DNA from: Gammaproteobacteria bacterium
GTDB taxonomy: Bacteria > Pseudomonadota > Gammaproteobacteria > Eutrophobiales > Eutrophobiaceae
Assembly (NCBI GenBank): GCA_965222155.1
Contig: CBDCTH010000012.1
Coordinates: 1,952,001-2,016,000 of the forward strand
DNA length: 64,000 nt
Direction of reading: 5' to 3'
The notes under the pieces were generated by a model. It saw nothing but the letters and a program-made list of their open reading frames with translations, did not search any database and was not told the origin of the DNA. Position numbers and translations under genes: made by a program. Positions 1 to 10,198 of this stretch are shown here, piece by piece. The first letter of the stretch is position 1. Every line of letters begins with the position of its first letter.

Positions 1-234
1 AACACCCAGGGCGCGACAGGTATCCCGGCAATGCCCGGCCCAGGTCCGGCTTTCCGGCTGTATATTGTGGTTTATATGTACCGCCTTGATGCGGTACTCG
101 GATTCCTCACTCACGGCGACCATCAGATGCAGCAATACATGGGAATCCAAACCGCCACTATAGGCTATAAGAAATCGTTTACGACCTGGAAGGGTCTCGA
201 GGAAGTCTGCGAGGTTCTCAGTGCTGACCCACAT
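1..234 (-). CDS. tilS: tRNA(Ile)-lysidine synthetase, N-terminal part (runs off window start)
   Basis: Not in ORF track. Manual translation from ATG at 234 gives MWVSTENL...IAYSGGLDSHVLLHL...AVHINHNIQ (PP-loop SGGxDS, HxNH). Canonical position after accA. Confidence 0.92.
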   Translation of the reverse strand, partial: MWVSTENLADFLETLPGRKRFLIAYSGGLDSHVLLHLMVAVSEESEYRIKAVHINHNIQPESRTWAGHCRDTCRALGV

Positions 235-300
235 AAGTCACCCTGAAAAAAGAGATAAAAATACGCTTATCCCCCAAAAATGAAAACCCCCTCCCCTGCT

Positions 301-1272
301 TTACTCATGAAAATGTCCGTATGAACGAAGCCGTGTTTGACGGGTATCCAAAAGTTCGTCGGCGCTTACCTGATTAAGTTCGGATAACTGTCTTTTTATC
401 TCTGTACTGACGTTGGACGCCACCTGATCATAGTTCCTGTGCGCCCCCCCCAGGGGCTCATCAATTATGCTGTCAATCACATCCAGTTTTTGCAGTCTTT
501 GTGCGGTTACCCCCAGGGCTTCAGCGGCGTCTTCAGCCCTGCCCGCATCTTTCCACAGAATGGACGCACAGCCTTCGGGTGAAATAACCGAGTAGGTGCT
601 GTATTGCAGCATATTCAACCTGTCTCCTACGCCGATTGCCAGAGCGCCGCCGGAGCCTCCCTCGCCGATGACGATTGCGATAATGGGGGTGCGTAACTCT
701 GACATCACCATTAAATTTCTCGCAATGGCCTCGCTTTGCCCGCGCTCTTCGGCGCCGATCCCCGGATAAGCCCCGGGTGTATCGATAAAAGTCACTACCG
801 GTAATTTGAACCTTTCCGCCAGTTGCATGATACGCAGCGCTTTGCGATAACCTTCGGGTTTCGGCATCCCGTAATTACGGTAGATTCTCTCCTTTATATC
901 CCTGCCCTTCTGGTGTCCTATCAGCGCAACGGGCTCGCCTTCAAACCGGGCAATACCGGCCAGTATAGCCGGGTCATCGGCAAAATTACGATCGCCGTGC
1001 AACTCGGTAAAATCAGTAAAAATCCTGCTCACATAGTCCAGGGTATAGGGTCTGAGTGGATGTCTGGCTATCTGGGAAATCTGCCAGGCGCTGAGCGACG
1101 TAAAAATAGCCTGGGTCAGATCTTTACTGCGTTTCTGCAACCGGGTAATTTCATCATGGATATTCAGCTCACTGTCGTCACTGACATGACGCAACTCCTC
1201 AATCTTTGCTTCCAGCTCAGCAATAGGCTGTTCAAAATCGAGAAAATTAACCGATTGATTTTGTTGTTCCAT
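301..1272 (-). CDS. accA: Acetyl-CoA carboxylase carboxyltransferase alpha subunit
   Basis: [46 protein letters not shown] motifs; follows dnaE. Confidence 0.98.
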   Translation of the reverse strand: MEQQNQSVNFLDFEQPIAELEAKIEELRHVSDDSELNIHDEITRLQKRSKDLTQAIFTSLSAWQISQIARHPLRPYTLDYVSRIFTDFTELHGDRNFADDPAILAGIARFEGEPVALIGHQKGRDIKERIYRNYGMPKPEGYRKALRIMQLAERFKLPVVTFIDTPGAYPGIGAEERGQSEAIARNLMVMSELRTPIIAIVIGEGGSGGALAIGVGDRLNMLQYSTYSVISPEGCASILWKDAGRAEDAAEALGVTAQRLQKLDVIDSIIDEPLGGAHRNYDQVASNVSTEIKRQLSELNQVSADELLDTRQTRLRSYGHFHE

Positions 1273-1284
1273 TGTACGGATCGT

Positions 1285-4200
1285 CTACAAGTTTACCTTG
1301 TCTGGAAAATCCAGATTTATATTCACTGCGCCAACCATATTGCTGAGTTCGGCCAGTAATTCATCACTGATTTTTACGCTCCAGTCGCTGCCGAAACTCA
1401 AAACAGTTGAGATACAACCGTTATTATATTCCATACAAACCCGGTTTGTCCCGGTTCCATGCCGTGATAATACCTCTTTCAGACCGGGAATAAACCTGTT
1501 GTCCAACATGTTTTTGTTTATCTTCAACCGCACTGCGGCAAATTGCTCACGCAGTTGTGCAAGCGAATAAACCTCTTTGGCAACGATAGCAACACCTGAT
1601 TCGTAATAGTCATCCGCCACCGCTTCACCCTTGAGGATGACCAGTTGGTCTTTCAGTAATAAATCACGGTAGAGCTGGTAATTTTCACTGTAAACCGTGA
1701 TTTGGACCCGGGCGGTTTTATCATCCAGCATGATCTCGGCCATGCGCCCCCTGACCCCGGACCGGATGCGGACATTTTCAATGTAGCCGGCTACCGTCAG
1801 GTTCACGCCGGGCCTGACCTTGCTCAGATTGGATGTAGTGAATGTTGACAGTTCACTTTCGTAACGCGTGATGGGATGACCTTCCAGGTAGAATCCCAGG
1901 GTCTGTTTCTCTCCCATCAGGCGTTCGTGCTCTTCCCAGTCAGGCACACAGACATAGGGTATTTCAGACTTGTGACTGCTGTCTGCAGGTACTGTCAACA
2001 GTACCGTTCCAAACATGTCATCCTGTCCTGAATCCGCATTCCCCACGTATTGCTCAGCAAACTTCATCGCCTTCTCCAGGCTTGCCGCCAGCATACTCCT
2101 GGGCCGGCCGAAGTCATCCAGCGCGCCGGATCGGATCAGGGCTTCTATAACACGCTTGTTTACCCTGCGCGGATCAACCCGCCGGCAGAATTCAAACAGG
2201 TCAGAGAACTCCCCATGCTCCTGCCTTTCTTCGCACAGTCTGATGATTGCAGACCGGCCCACTCCCTTTATGGCGCCCAATCCGAATAAAATCGTTCCCT
2301 CGTCCATCACCCTGAACTTGAAATCACTGCTATTTACCGAAGGTGGCTTCAGGATCAGCTTCATCCTTCTCAATTCCTCGATAAGCCTGACAATCTTGTC
2401 TGTGTTGTTCATATCCGCAGACAGCACGGCCGCCATAAATGCCGCAGGATAATGCGTTTTCAGCCAGGCTGTCTGGTAGGCCAGCAAGGCATAAGCAACG
2501 GAGTGAGATTTATTGAAACCGTAACCGGCAAATTTTTCCATCAGGTCGAATATGGATGTGGCAATCTTATTGCTGACCTGATTTTTTATCGCACCGTCGA
2601 CGAAAATGTCTCTCTGCAGGGACATTTCTTCGCGTTTTTTCTTCCCCATGGCGCGTCTCAGCAAATCTGCCGCCCCCAGGGTGTAGCCTCCCAACATCCG
2701 GGCAATCTGCATCACTTGTTCCTGGTACAGGATGACGCCGTAAGTCGGCTTCAATACAGATTCCAGCGCGGGGTGAAGATAGCGCACCGGCGCCTTGCCT
2801 TTTTTCCTGTCGATAAAATCATCAACCATCCCCGAATCCAACGGGCCGGGGCGAAATAACGCCACCAGGGCAACCAGGTCATCGAATTTATCCGGCTCAA
2901 GCCGTTTTATCAGTTTTCTCATCCCGTCCGATTCCAACTGGAATACGGCAGTGGTATCCATGCGCCGGATCGTTGCATAAGTGTCTGCATCATCGAGAGC
3001 AATGGTGCTGATATCCAGTTTTGCAGCAGTCTTGTCAAGCAGTTTGTCATTGATATCCTTCAGCGCCCAATCGATGATGGTCAGGGTGCGCAAGCCGAGA
3101 AAATCGAATTTGACCAGGCCAATGGTCTCCACGTCGCCCATATCAAACTGGGTTGACGTGACCGTAGTGTTTTTTTCACAGTACAAAGGCATGAACTCAG
3201 TCAATGCCCGGGGTGAGATGACGATGCCGCCGGCGTGTTTTCCTGCGTTCCGGACCAATCCTTCCAGTTTTTTAGCCAGGTCAATAAGTATCCTGACTTC
3301 CTCTTCATCAGCATATCGCTGTTTCAACGTATCCTCTTCTTTCAGCGCGCGCTCCAGTGTCATATCCAGTTCAAACGGAATTAATTTGGCTATCTTGTCG
3401 ACGAAACCGTAAGGGTGTCCGAGAACCCTGCCGACATCCCGCACCACGGCTTTCGCAGCCATGCTTCCAAAAGTGATTATCTGGGAGACACGCTCACGGC
3501 CATATCGGGTGGATACGTATTCAATCACTTCATCCCGTCTGTCCATGCAAAAGTCCACGTCAAAATCCGGTAACGATACCCTTTCAGGATTCAGGAACCG
3601 CTCGAACAACAACTCGTGATAAATGGGGTCCAAATCGGTAATGCCCAGGACATAAGCAACCAGGGACCCTCCCCCGGAACCGCGCCCCGGCCCAACCGGT
3701 ATCCCCTGCTGTTTTGCCCAACGGATGAAATCAGCGACGATGAGAAAATAACCGGGGAAACCCATGTTGGTAATGACTTCAAGCTCCTGCTCCAGACGCT
3801 GCCTGTATTGCTCCAGGTCAATATCACTGCCGGATACTTTGCTGTCATCGACCAGTCTCTCCAACCCGGTATGCGCCTCCCGCTGCAACAAGCCGGCCTG
3901 GTCAAGGCCTTCAGGAACAGGAAACTCCGGCAGGTGGTACTCATCAAATTGCAACTCAAGGTTACAGCGTTTGGCAATATTTACGCTATTCTGCAAGGCT
4001 TCCGGCAGGTCATGAAATAACTCAGCCATTTGTTCCGACGTCTTCAGGTATTGTTCGTTGCTGTACAGGCGCGGTCGTTTGGGATCGTTAAGCGTATATC
4101 CGTTATTGATACACACGCGGGCTTCGTGGGCAGCAAAGTCATCAGGCGTTAAAAACCTTACATCATTGGTTGCAACCACCGGCATGTCGAACTCGGCTGC

Positions 4201-4770
4201 AAGCTCCATGGTTTCATCAATATAGATGTCTTCTCCCTGACGGCCGGTTCGTTGTAACTCCAGGTAAAACCGGTCCGGGAATAAATCCCTGAAATATGCA
4301 AGTTGCTCCCTGGCATTATCGATTTGATTGTGCAGCAGAGATTGGCCGACCACACCGTTCCCGGCACCGGACAAGGCAATCAAGTCTGCTGCGTGACGAT
4401 TGAGCCAGTCTCTTTGTATAACAGGCGCTCCACGCGTCTGGCCATGGGTGAAACTACGGGTAATCAATTCCGCCAGGTTTCTAAATCCGTCGTTATTCTG
4501 ACACAGCAGTACCAGTCTGTGACCTTTGTCGTCGCCATCATTATCCGCCAGGTTGATTTCGGCGCCGATGATGGGTTTGACACCTCGGTCCAGGCATTTT
4601 CGATAAAATTTAACCATCGAAAACACGTTACACAATTCAGTGACGGCTGCACTCCACATACCTTTATCTACCAGGGCGTCAACGTAATCGCCCACTCGCA
4701 ACAGGCCGTCTACCAGGGAATACTCCGTGTGAACGTGTAAATGAACGAATTTATTATCTGCCGTTTCCAT
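1285..4770 (-). CDS. dnaE: DNA polymerase III alpha subunit
   Basis: PHP FVHLHVHTEYS, GPGRGS, PDFDVDF, KFDFLGL, FAGYGFNKSH; 1161 aa. Confidence 0.98.
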   Translation of the reverse strand: METADNKFVHLHVHTEYSLVDGLLRVGDYVDALVDKGMWSAAVTELCNVFSMVKFYRKCLDRGVKPIIGAEINLADNDGDDKGHRLVLLCQNNDGFRNLAELITRSFTHGQTRGAPVIQRDWLNRHAADLIALSGAGNGVVGQSLLHNQIDNAREQLAYFRDLFPDRFYLELQRTGRQGEDIYIDETMELAAEFDMPVVATNDVRFLTPDDFAAHEARVCINNGYTLNDPKRPRLYSNEQYLKTSEQMAELFHDLPEALQNSVNIAKRCNLELQFDEYHLPEFPVPEGLDQAGLLQREAHTGLERLVDDSKVSGSDIDLEQYRQRLEQELEVITNMGFPGYFLIVADFIRWAKQQGIPVGPGRGSGGGSLVAYVLGITDLDPIYHELLFERFLNPERVSLPDFDVDFCMDRRDEVIEYVSTRYGRERVSQIITFGSMAAKAVVRDVGRVLGHPYGFVDKIAKLIPFELDMTLERALKEEDTLKQRYADEEEVRILIDLAKKLEGLVRNAGKHAGGIVISPRALTEFMPLYCEKNTTVTSTQFDMGDVETIGLVKFDFLGLRTLTIIDWALKDINDKLLDKTAAKLDISTIALDDADTYATIRRMDTTAVFQLESDGMRKLIKRLEPDKFDDLVALVALFRPGPLDSGMVDDFIDRKKGKAPVRYLHPALESVLKPTYGVILYQEQVMQIARMLGGYTLGAADLLRRAMGKKKREEMSLQRDIFVDGAIKNQVSNKIATSIFDLMEKFAGYGFNKSHSVAYALLAYQTAWLKTHYPAAFMAAVLSADMNNTDKIVRLIEELRRMKLILKPPSVNSSDFKFRVMDEGTILFGLGAIKGVGRSAIIRLCEERQEHGEFSDLFEFCRRVDPRRVNKRVIEALIRSGALDDFGRPRSMLAASLEKAMKFAEQYVGNADSGQDDMFGTVLLTVPADSSHKSEIPYVCVPDWEEHERLMGEKQTLGFYLEGHPITRYESELSTFTTSNLSKVRPGVNLTVAGYIENVRIRSGVRGRMAEIMLDDKTARVQITVYSENYQLYRDLLLKDQLVILKGEAVADDYYESGVAIVAKEVYSLAQLREQFAAVRLKINKNMLDNRFIPGLKEVLSRHGTGTNRVCMEYNNGCISTVLSFGSDWSVKISDELLAELSNMVGAVNINLDFPDKVNL

Positions 4771-4802
4771 CTTCGCTTAGGAGTTTTTCTACCACAGAAG
4801 AG

Positions 4803-5010
4803 TTTTTTGCCACAGAGGGCACAGAGCTCACAGAGTGGATTGGGAATCTTTTTTGTGCATAGGTGACTTGCATGTTTATCAGTTTATCTTCGCGCTATTC
4901 ATGTTGTTTTTTCTGTATGTATCCTGTGGCTGATAATCCTGCAACACTTGCCTGAATTCATCTGAGGCACTATATCGACTCTGTGTTCTCTGTGCCCTCT
5001 GTGGCAAAAA
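4803..5010. repeat. Family A element: inverted arms of tandem 9-mers (GCCACAGAGGGCACAGAG.../...CTCTGTGCCCTCTGTGGC)
   Basis: Arms at 4803-4840 and 4975-5010 are reverse complements; same arms at four other loci. Confidence 0.9.
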
Positions 5011-5578
5011 TTATCGACCGCTTTACCGGGGCAAAACTGCGTCGGTGGATTGGACAAGGGCCGATTTCAGACAATGCCCGAACATGCTGCCGGGTCGGAT
5101 AACCCTTGTGCCGTGCGAAACCATAGCCTGGATATTTTCGGTCCATTTCCAGCATTTCCTGATCCCTGCTCACCTTCGCCAGGATTGAGGCGGCGCTTAT
5201 ACAAGCCTCGGTTTGGTCACCTTTAATTATGGCAGTTACCGGATAGTCTGTATGCGGGCATCGATTGCCGTCAACCAGGACCCGGGCAGGCGCCAAACTC
5301 AACCCGTTAATTGCACGTTGCATGGCCAGCAGGCTCGCATTCAATATATTTAACCGGTCAATCTCCAGATGGTCCGCTCGGCCGATGGAGCAGGCCAGCG
5401 CCTTTTCCCGGATAACCTGCGCCAGTTTTTCCCTGTGCTGTTCCGATAATGTCTTGGAATCGGCCAAGCCTGTAATCTTCTCTGTTTCATCGAGGATAAC
5501 CGCAGCCGCGATAACCGGTCCGGCAAGCGGCCCCCTCCCGGCTTCATCGACACCTGCTACCAGTTGTAGACCGGACAT
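4970..5578 (-). CDS. rnhB: Ribonuclease HII
   Basis: [40 protein letters not shown]; start moved to MSGLQL (ATG 5578). Confidence 0.97.
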   Translation of the reverse strand: MSGLQLVAGVDEAGRGPLAGPVIAAAVILDETEKITGLADSKTLSEQHREKLAQVIREKALACSIGRADHLEIDRLNILNASLLAMQRAINGLSLAPARVLVDGNRCPHTDYPVTAIIKGDQTEACISAASILAKVSRDQEMLEMDRKYPGYGFARHKGYPTRQHVRALSEIGPCPIHRRSFAPVKRSIIFATEGTENTESI

Positions 5579-5616
5579 TATCAATTTACCGAACTCACCG
5601 GACACAGCATGAAATC

Positions 5617-5880
5617 TTTGCCACAGAGGGCACAGAGACAAGAGGGGATGCCGCCGACCCGTCATTCCGGCGTAGGCCGGTATCCAGTCGATTAGACAAT
5701 TCCTTATAAAAAAAGGTTATCTGACTGGATTCCGGCATACGCCGGAATGACGAACGGGAGCATGCACCGGAATGCCTGTCCTGGAATGCTGTAATCCAAG
5801 AACGATGCTGAACCTGTGACGGCGACTCTGGAATGTCCCTGCACCCATTATTCATTTTATTTCCTCTGTGTCCTCTGTGA
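5617..5880. repeat. Family A element containing a GTCATTCCGG...CCGGAATGAC palindrome pair (5660-5752)
   Basis: GCCACAGAGGGCACAGAG at 5620 and CTCTGTGTCCTCTGTG ending near 5880; inner CGTCATTCCGGCGTAGGCCGGTATCCAG / CTGGATTCCGGCATACGCCGGAATGACG. Confidence 0.85.
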
Positions 5881-7008
5881 CTGTTTAGTATCGACCAGTG
5901 TCAGGACAGCTTGTGCCGCGCTTTCATCAGCTTTCTGTAAGGATATGTGCAGGTGTGTGAAATATTGGGATAATGACCGGACGTTATCCGGATTATCCAA
6001 CCAGTATCGCAGTGCAGGACCCAGGATTTCCGCCCGGCAATCCGATTGAAAGTACTCGGGAACCAGTCTGCGGTTTGCCAGCAAATTGGGCAGGGATACA
6101 AATTTTACCTTGATCAATGCCCGTACTATCCAAAACGTGAGACTATGCATTCTGTAAGCCACCACCATGGGAACTTTGTGCAGCATCGCTTCCAGGGTAA
6201 CAGTGCCTGAAGCGACTAATGCAACGCTCGCGGCGGCCAATGTGTCTCCAATCCTGTTTTTCACAATTTTCAACTGCAACCCACTGCGTTTTGCGGCGGC
6301 GTTCAACTGTTTTTCTGCGGCATCATTCACTACGTTAGTCACAAACTGGATCTTGTCATAGTGCATATCAAGCCAGACTGCCGTTTCGATAAAAGGGCCT
6401 GTCATCCTGTCCAGTTCCGAACTTCTGCTGCCGGGCAGAACGGCAACCGTCAAAACCTGCGGAGGCAAACCTAGACGCCGCCGTGCGCTTTCTACATCAG
6501 GCTGCAAATCCACCTGTCCGGCCAGCGGATGGCCGACAAAGCTTATCGGAACGCGATGTCTGCGGAAATATTCCACTTCAAAAGGAAATATTGATAACAC
6601 GAGATCTGCGGCCTTTCTGATTTTCCGCACTCGCCAGGTACGCCATGCCCAAATCGTCGGACAGACGTAATGAATAGTCTTTATGCCTTTATTCCTTAAC
6701 CTCCTTTCCAGGCCAAGATTAAAGTCAGGCGCATCAACACCGATAAACACATCAGGCGGATTAGTTATGAAATGGTCAGCTAGTTTCGCCCGTATCTTGC
6801 TCAGTTCCCATACTTTCCCCAGTACTTCCACCAACCCCATAACAGCAAGTTTTTCCATCGGAAACAGAATGTCGCAGCCCGCCTCGCGCAACCTTTCCCC
6901 CCCTATGCCTTCCACCTTGACGTCAGGCCGCTTTTTTCTGATGGACTTGATTAGCTCAGCGGCTAAAAAATCTCCGGAAGGTTCCCCTGCTACAATTCCG
7001 ATTCTCAC
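5857..7008 (-). CDS. lpxB: Lipid-A-disaccharide synthase
   Basis: IVAGEPSGD, GVDAPDFN, LPGSR, ASGTVTLE; operon context. Confidence 0.97.
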   Translation of the reverse strand: MRIGIVAGEPSGDFLAAELIKSIRKKRPDVKVEGIGGERLREAGCDILFPMEKLAVMGLVEVLGKVWELSKIRAKLADHFITNPPDVFIGVDAPDFNLGLERRLRNKGIKTIHYVCPTIWAWRTWRVRKIRKAADLVLSIFPFEVEYFRRHRVPISFVGHPLAGQVDLQPDVESARRRLGLPPQVLTVAVLPGSRSSELDRMTGPFIETAVWLDMHYDKIQFVTNVVNDAAEKQLNAAAKRSGLQLKIVKNRIGDTLAAASVALVASGTVTLEAMLHKVPMVVAYRMHSLTFWIVRALIKVKFVSLPNLLANRRLVPEYFQSDCRAEILGPALRYWLDNPDNVRSLSQYFTHLHISLQKADESAAQAVLTLVDTKQSQRTQRK

Positions 7009-7045
7009 CTCTACTCACCTGCATGAGTCACTCGTCAACCCGACG

Positions 7046-7819
7046 CTAACGAATAATCCCACGTTCGGATTCCTTGATGAACCGGGTGAAATTGGCGACT
7101 TCCCTGTTGATGTTCGCCAGTGTCTCGAGTTTTTTTATGGCATCTTTAACAAGCAGGCCTTCTCGATAGACGATGCGGTATGCCTTTCTCATAGCCTCAA
7201 CCGTGTCGTCCGAAAACCCGTTACGCCTGAGTCCCACCCTGTTCAATCCGTTCGGTTTAGCGGTATTTCCGGATACCATCAAGTACGGTGGAACATCTTT
7301 TACGATAATGGAAGCAATGGCCGAAATGCTATGGCAACCAACCCGGCAAAACTGGTGCACACCGGTAAATCCGCCCAGGATGGCAAAATCATCAATATGC
7401 ACATGGCCTGCCAGGGTGGCGTTATTGGCGAAAATGGTGTTATTACCCACTTGACAATCATGCGCTATATGAACGTAAGCCATGATCCAGTTGTTATTAC
7501 CGACCCGGGTTATCCCTCCACCTTGCGCCGTTCCGCGGTTGATACTGCAAAACTCCCGTATGACGTTATTGGAGCCGATCTCCAGCTGAGATGCTGCTTC
7601 ACCCTGATACTTTTTGTCCTGGGGGTCATCCCCGATTGATGTAAATTGTGAGATACGGGTTGATTCACCTATACGGGTGGGGCCTTTGATAACTACGTGC
7701 GGCCCTATTTCACAGTTATCTGCAATTTGAACTTGCTCCCCTATGATGGAATAGGCTCCGATCCTGACCCCTGTTCCAATATCAGCATCGGGATGCACTA
7801 TCGCGGTGGGTTCGATCAA
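7046..7819 (-). CDS. lpxA: UDP-N-acetylglucosamine acyltransferase
   Basis: Hexapeptide repeats, PQDKKY, HIAHDC, LAGHV, GVHQF. Confidence 0.98.
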   Translation of the reverse strand: MIEPTAIVHPDADIGTGVRIGAYSIIGEQVQIADNCEIGPHVVIKGPTRIGESTRISQFTSIGDDPQDKKYQGEAASQLEIGSNNVIREFCSINRGTAQGGGITRVGNNNWIMAYVHIAHDCQVGNNTIFANNATLAGHVHIDDFAILGGFTGVHQFCRVGCHSISAIASIIVKDVPPYLMVSGNTAKPNGLNRVGLRRNGFSDDTVEAMRKAYRIVYREGLLVKDAIKKLETLANINREVANFTRFIKESERGIIR

Positions 7820-8265
7820 GTCTCCCGGTCCGCAATAGTAGTCAATAAATCCGCATCGGCCACAGTCGTATCGTTCACTTTGGCAACACAGGAAAAGCGC
7901 CAGATATTTCTCCGTAACGCAACGAATTTTACCTCGACCACCAGTTGATCACCCGGCCCTACAGTTTTTCTGAACCTGGCCTTATCAACGCCAACCAGGT
8001 AATACAGCTTGTTCCAGTGCCGCTCCCCCTCATTTGACAACAATCCCAATACCGCGGAGGCCTGTGCCATTGCTTCAATGATAAATACACCGGGCATGAT
8101 CGGCTGCTGGGGGAAGTGCCCCTGGAAAAAAGGTTCATTTACCGTGACGTTTTTAATAGCGGTCAGAGAAACCCCCGGTTCGTAATCTGTCACTTTATCC
8201 AGTAACAGCATAGGATACCGGTGCGGCAGCGCCTTTTTGATCTGCTCGATATTCAGTTCAGGCAT
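7816..8265 (-). CDS. fabZ: 3-hydroxyacyl-ACP dehydratase
   Basis: LPHRYPMLLLD, EPFFQGHFP, PGVFIIEAMAQ. Confidence 0.98.
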   Translation of the reverse strand: MPELNIEQIKKALPHRYPMLLLDKVTDYEPGVSLTAIKNVTVNEPFFQGHFPQQPIMPGVFIIEAMAQASAVLGLLSNEGERHWNKLYYLVGVDKARFRKTVGPGDQLVVEVKFVALRRNIWRFSCVAKVNDTTVADADLLTTIADRET

Positions 8266-8289
8266 AGCAGGGCAAACCTGTATTCATCG

Positions 8290-8476
8290 GCCACAGAGGA
8301 CACAGAGAGCACAGAGCGGATCGAGATACTCTTTAACACATGGGCAGCCTGCATAATTATTGTCATCTTACTCGTTATTCATGTTGCTTGCTGTGGCTTA
8401 TAGTCTTAAAACGCTTACCTGAACCCGTCGAAAGCATTATATTAGACAACTCTGTGATCTCTGTGCCCTCTGTGGC
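8290..8476. repeat. Family A element
   Basis: GCCACAGAGGACACAGAGAGCACAGAG ... CTCTGTGATCTCTGTGCCCTCTGTGGC; abuts the lpxD stop. Confidence 0.9.
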
Positions 8477-9493
8477 TTATTGCTTGATCTGTTTTTCCAT
8501 TCGGGCGATTTTTCTTGCAATTTCATCAAGATGCCTGAACCTCACCATATTTTTACGCCAGGTCTTATTATCCGTTACGGGTACTCCCGAAGAATAGACA
8601 CCGGCTTGCCTGATGCTGTTCGATACACCGGACATCCCGGTTATTACTACGTCATCTGCAATCTCAATATGGCCGGTAATGGCGCTGGCTCCGCCAATCA
8701 TACATCTCCTGCCTATTTTTACACTACCGGCAACTACCGCTGCGCCGGCAATAGCCGTATGCTCCCCGACACGGGTATTATGTCCGATCTGCACCTGATT
8801 ATCGATTTTGACCCCGGTTTCTATAACCGTATTTTCCAGGGACCCTCTGTCAATAGTTGTGTTGGCGCCGATTTCAACATCATCGTGAACGACAACATTA
8901 CCCAGTTGAGGAATTTTCAACCAGCGGCCGGCGTCATTGGCGATCCCGTAACCATCCGCCCCCAGCACAACGCCAGGATGGATCAATACCCGCATACCGA
9001 TTTCAACACGCTCCATCAGGCTCACATTAGCATAGAAACGACAATGATCACCGATTACAACGTTTGCTTCAATCACGCAACCCGGACCGATATAAGTCCT
9101 GGAACCGACCGCAACGTTTTCGCCAATGACGCAATTGGCGCCGATAAAACAATCAGCCGCGATATCCGCAGTTGCGTCTACCAGCGCCGATGGATGAATG
9201 CCCGGAGTGAATTCTGCTACCGGGTTAAGAAACCTGGCAGCTTTCGCATAAGCAAGGTAGGGATCATTTGAAATTAATTTCGCTGTCGGACACGCCGATG
9301 CATCCGCTGCGGTCAACACCACCGCACTGGCGCGGGTCGTTTCCAAATCAGCATAATAAAGTTTGTTGACAAAGAAAGACAGGGCGCCCGGCGTCGAATT
9401 ATGCAGACTGGCAACATTGATGATCTCGCTGGCAGGGTCGCCTTGCAGTTCTGCCTCACAAACAGCAGCAATTTCTGCCAATGTTGCGGTCAT
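8477..9493 (-). CDS. lpxD: UDP-3-O-acylglucosamine N-acyltransferase
   Basis: Hexapeptide repeats, GADGYG, KIPQLG, IDNQVQIGHN. Confidence 0.97.
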   Translation of the reverse strand: MTATLAEIAAVCEAELQGDPASEIINVASLHNSTPGALSFFVNKLYYADLETTRASAVVLTAADASACPTAKLISNDPYLAYAKAARFLNPVAEFTPGIHPSALVDATADIAADCFIGANCVIGENVAVGSRTYIGPGCVIEANVVIGDHCRFYANVSLMERVEIGMRVLIHPGVVLGADGYGIANDAGRWLKIPQLGNVVVHDDVEIGANTTIDRGSLENTVIETGVKIDNQVQIGHNTRVGEHTAIAGAAVVAGSVKIGRRCMIGGASAITGHIEIADDVVITGMSGVSNSIRQAGVYSSGVPVTDNKTWRKNMVRFRHLDEIARKIARMEKQIKQ

Positions 9494-9510
9494 GAGTACA
9501 GCAAGCCGTA

Positions 9511-10044
9511 TTATTCAGCTCCATCAATGTCTTTTCCCGAGTCATTTTCCGTCTTCAACTGATCTATGACAAGCTGGGATATATCCACTTTCGGGCTTGC
9601 GTAAATTACGCCTTCATTCAATATCATGTCAAATCCGTTTTCCTGGGCGATCGTATTGATGGCATCGACGATTTCTTTTTGAATCTTTGCAATTTCCTCA
9701 TTCCTGCGAAAGGTGAGATCTTCGCGGAACTCATCCTGGTTGCGTTTCAAATCACGCCGTTCATTGATGATATCTCTCTCCAGTTTGCTCCTTTCCGCCT
9801 CACTCATGATGGGGGCGTCTTTTGTCAAGCGATCTTCCATTTCTTTTAATCCTTTTTGCGCAGCGACCAGTTCCCGGTCGCGCGGAGCAAACTCCTGCTC
9901 AAGCAAATTACGCATCTTCTCAGCCTGGGGGGATTGTTCCAGGATGCGTATCGCGTTAACAGCACCGATCTTATAATCCTCGGCAATCACATCCTGGATA
10001 AAACCAATTGCAAAAAAACATATCAGGAAATGGGTAAGCCTCAT
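9511..10044 (-). CDS. skp: Periplasmic chaperone Skp/OmpH
   Basis: Signal peptide, KIGAVN, long coiled coil; between bamA and lpxD; start uncertain (10044, 10053 or 10062). Confidence 0.93.
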   Translation of the reverse strand: MRLTHFLICFFAIGFIQDVIAEDYKIGAVNAIRILEQSPQAEKMRNLLEQEFAPRDRELVAAQKGLKEMEDRLTKDAPIMSEAERSKLERDIINERRDLKRNQDEFREDLTFRRNEEIAKIQKEIVDAINTIAQENGFDMILNEGVIYASPKVDISQLVIDQLKTENDSGKDIDGAE

Positions 10045-10198
10045 AGCTCTCATAGACTCCAATTTGTTATTAATAAACCTCAGTATGCGTCATTTCCCGG
10101 CTCAAGTCCGGGATTTACTCTGAAAATACCAGAATTCTGAAATACAGATTTCAATTTTCTCATAAAAACGGCAGAAGCTCCCGATAAATCAGGTTTTT

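Noticed and set aside
1285-4770. Intein or split in dnaE
   Set aside because: Normal length with continuous motifs.
6683-7639. Long antisense ORFs (also 8480-9271, 14421-15044, 51235-52275, 52306-53109)
   Set aside because: Shadows of well-supported genes with no recognisable motifs.
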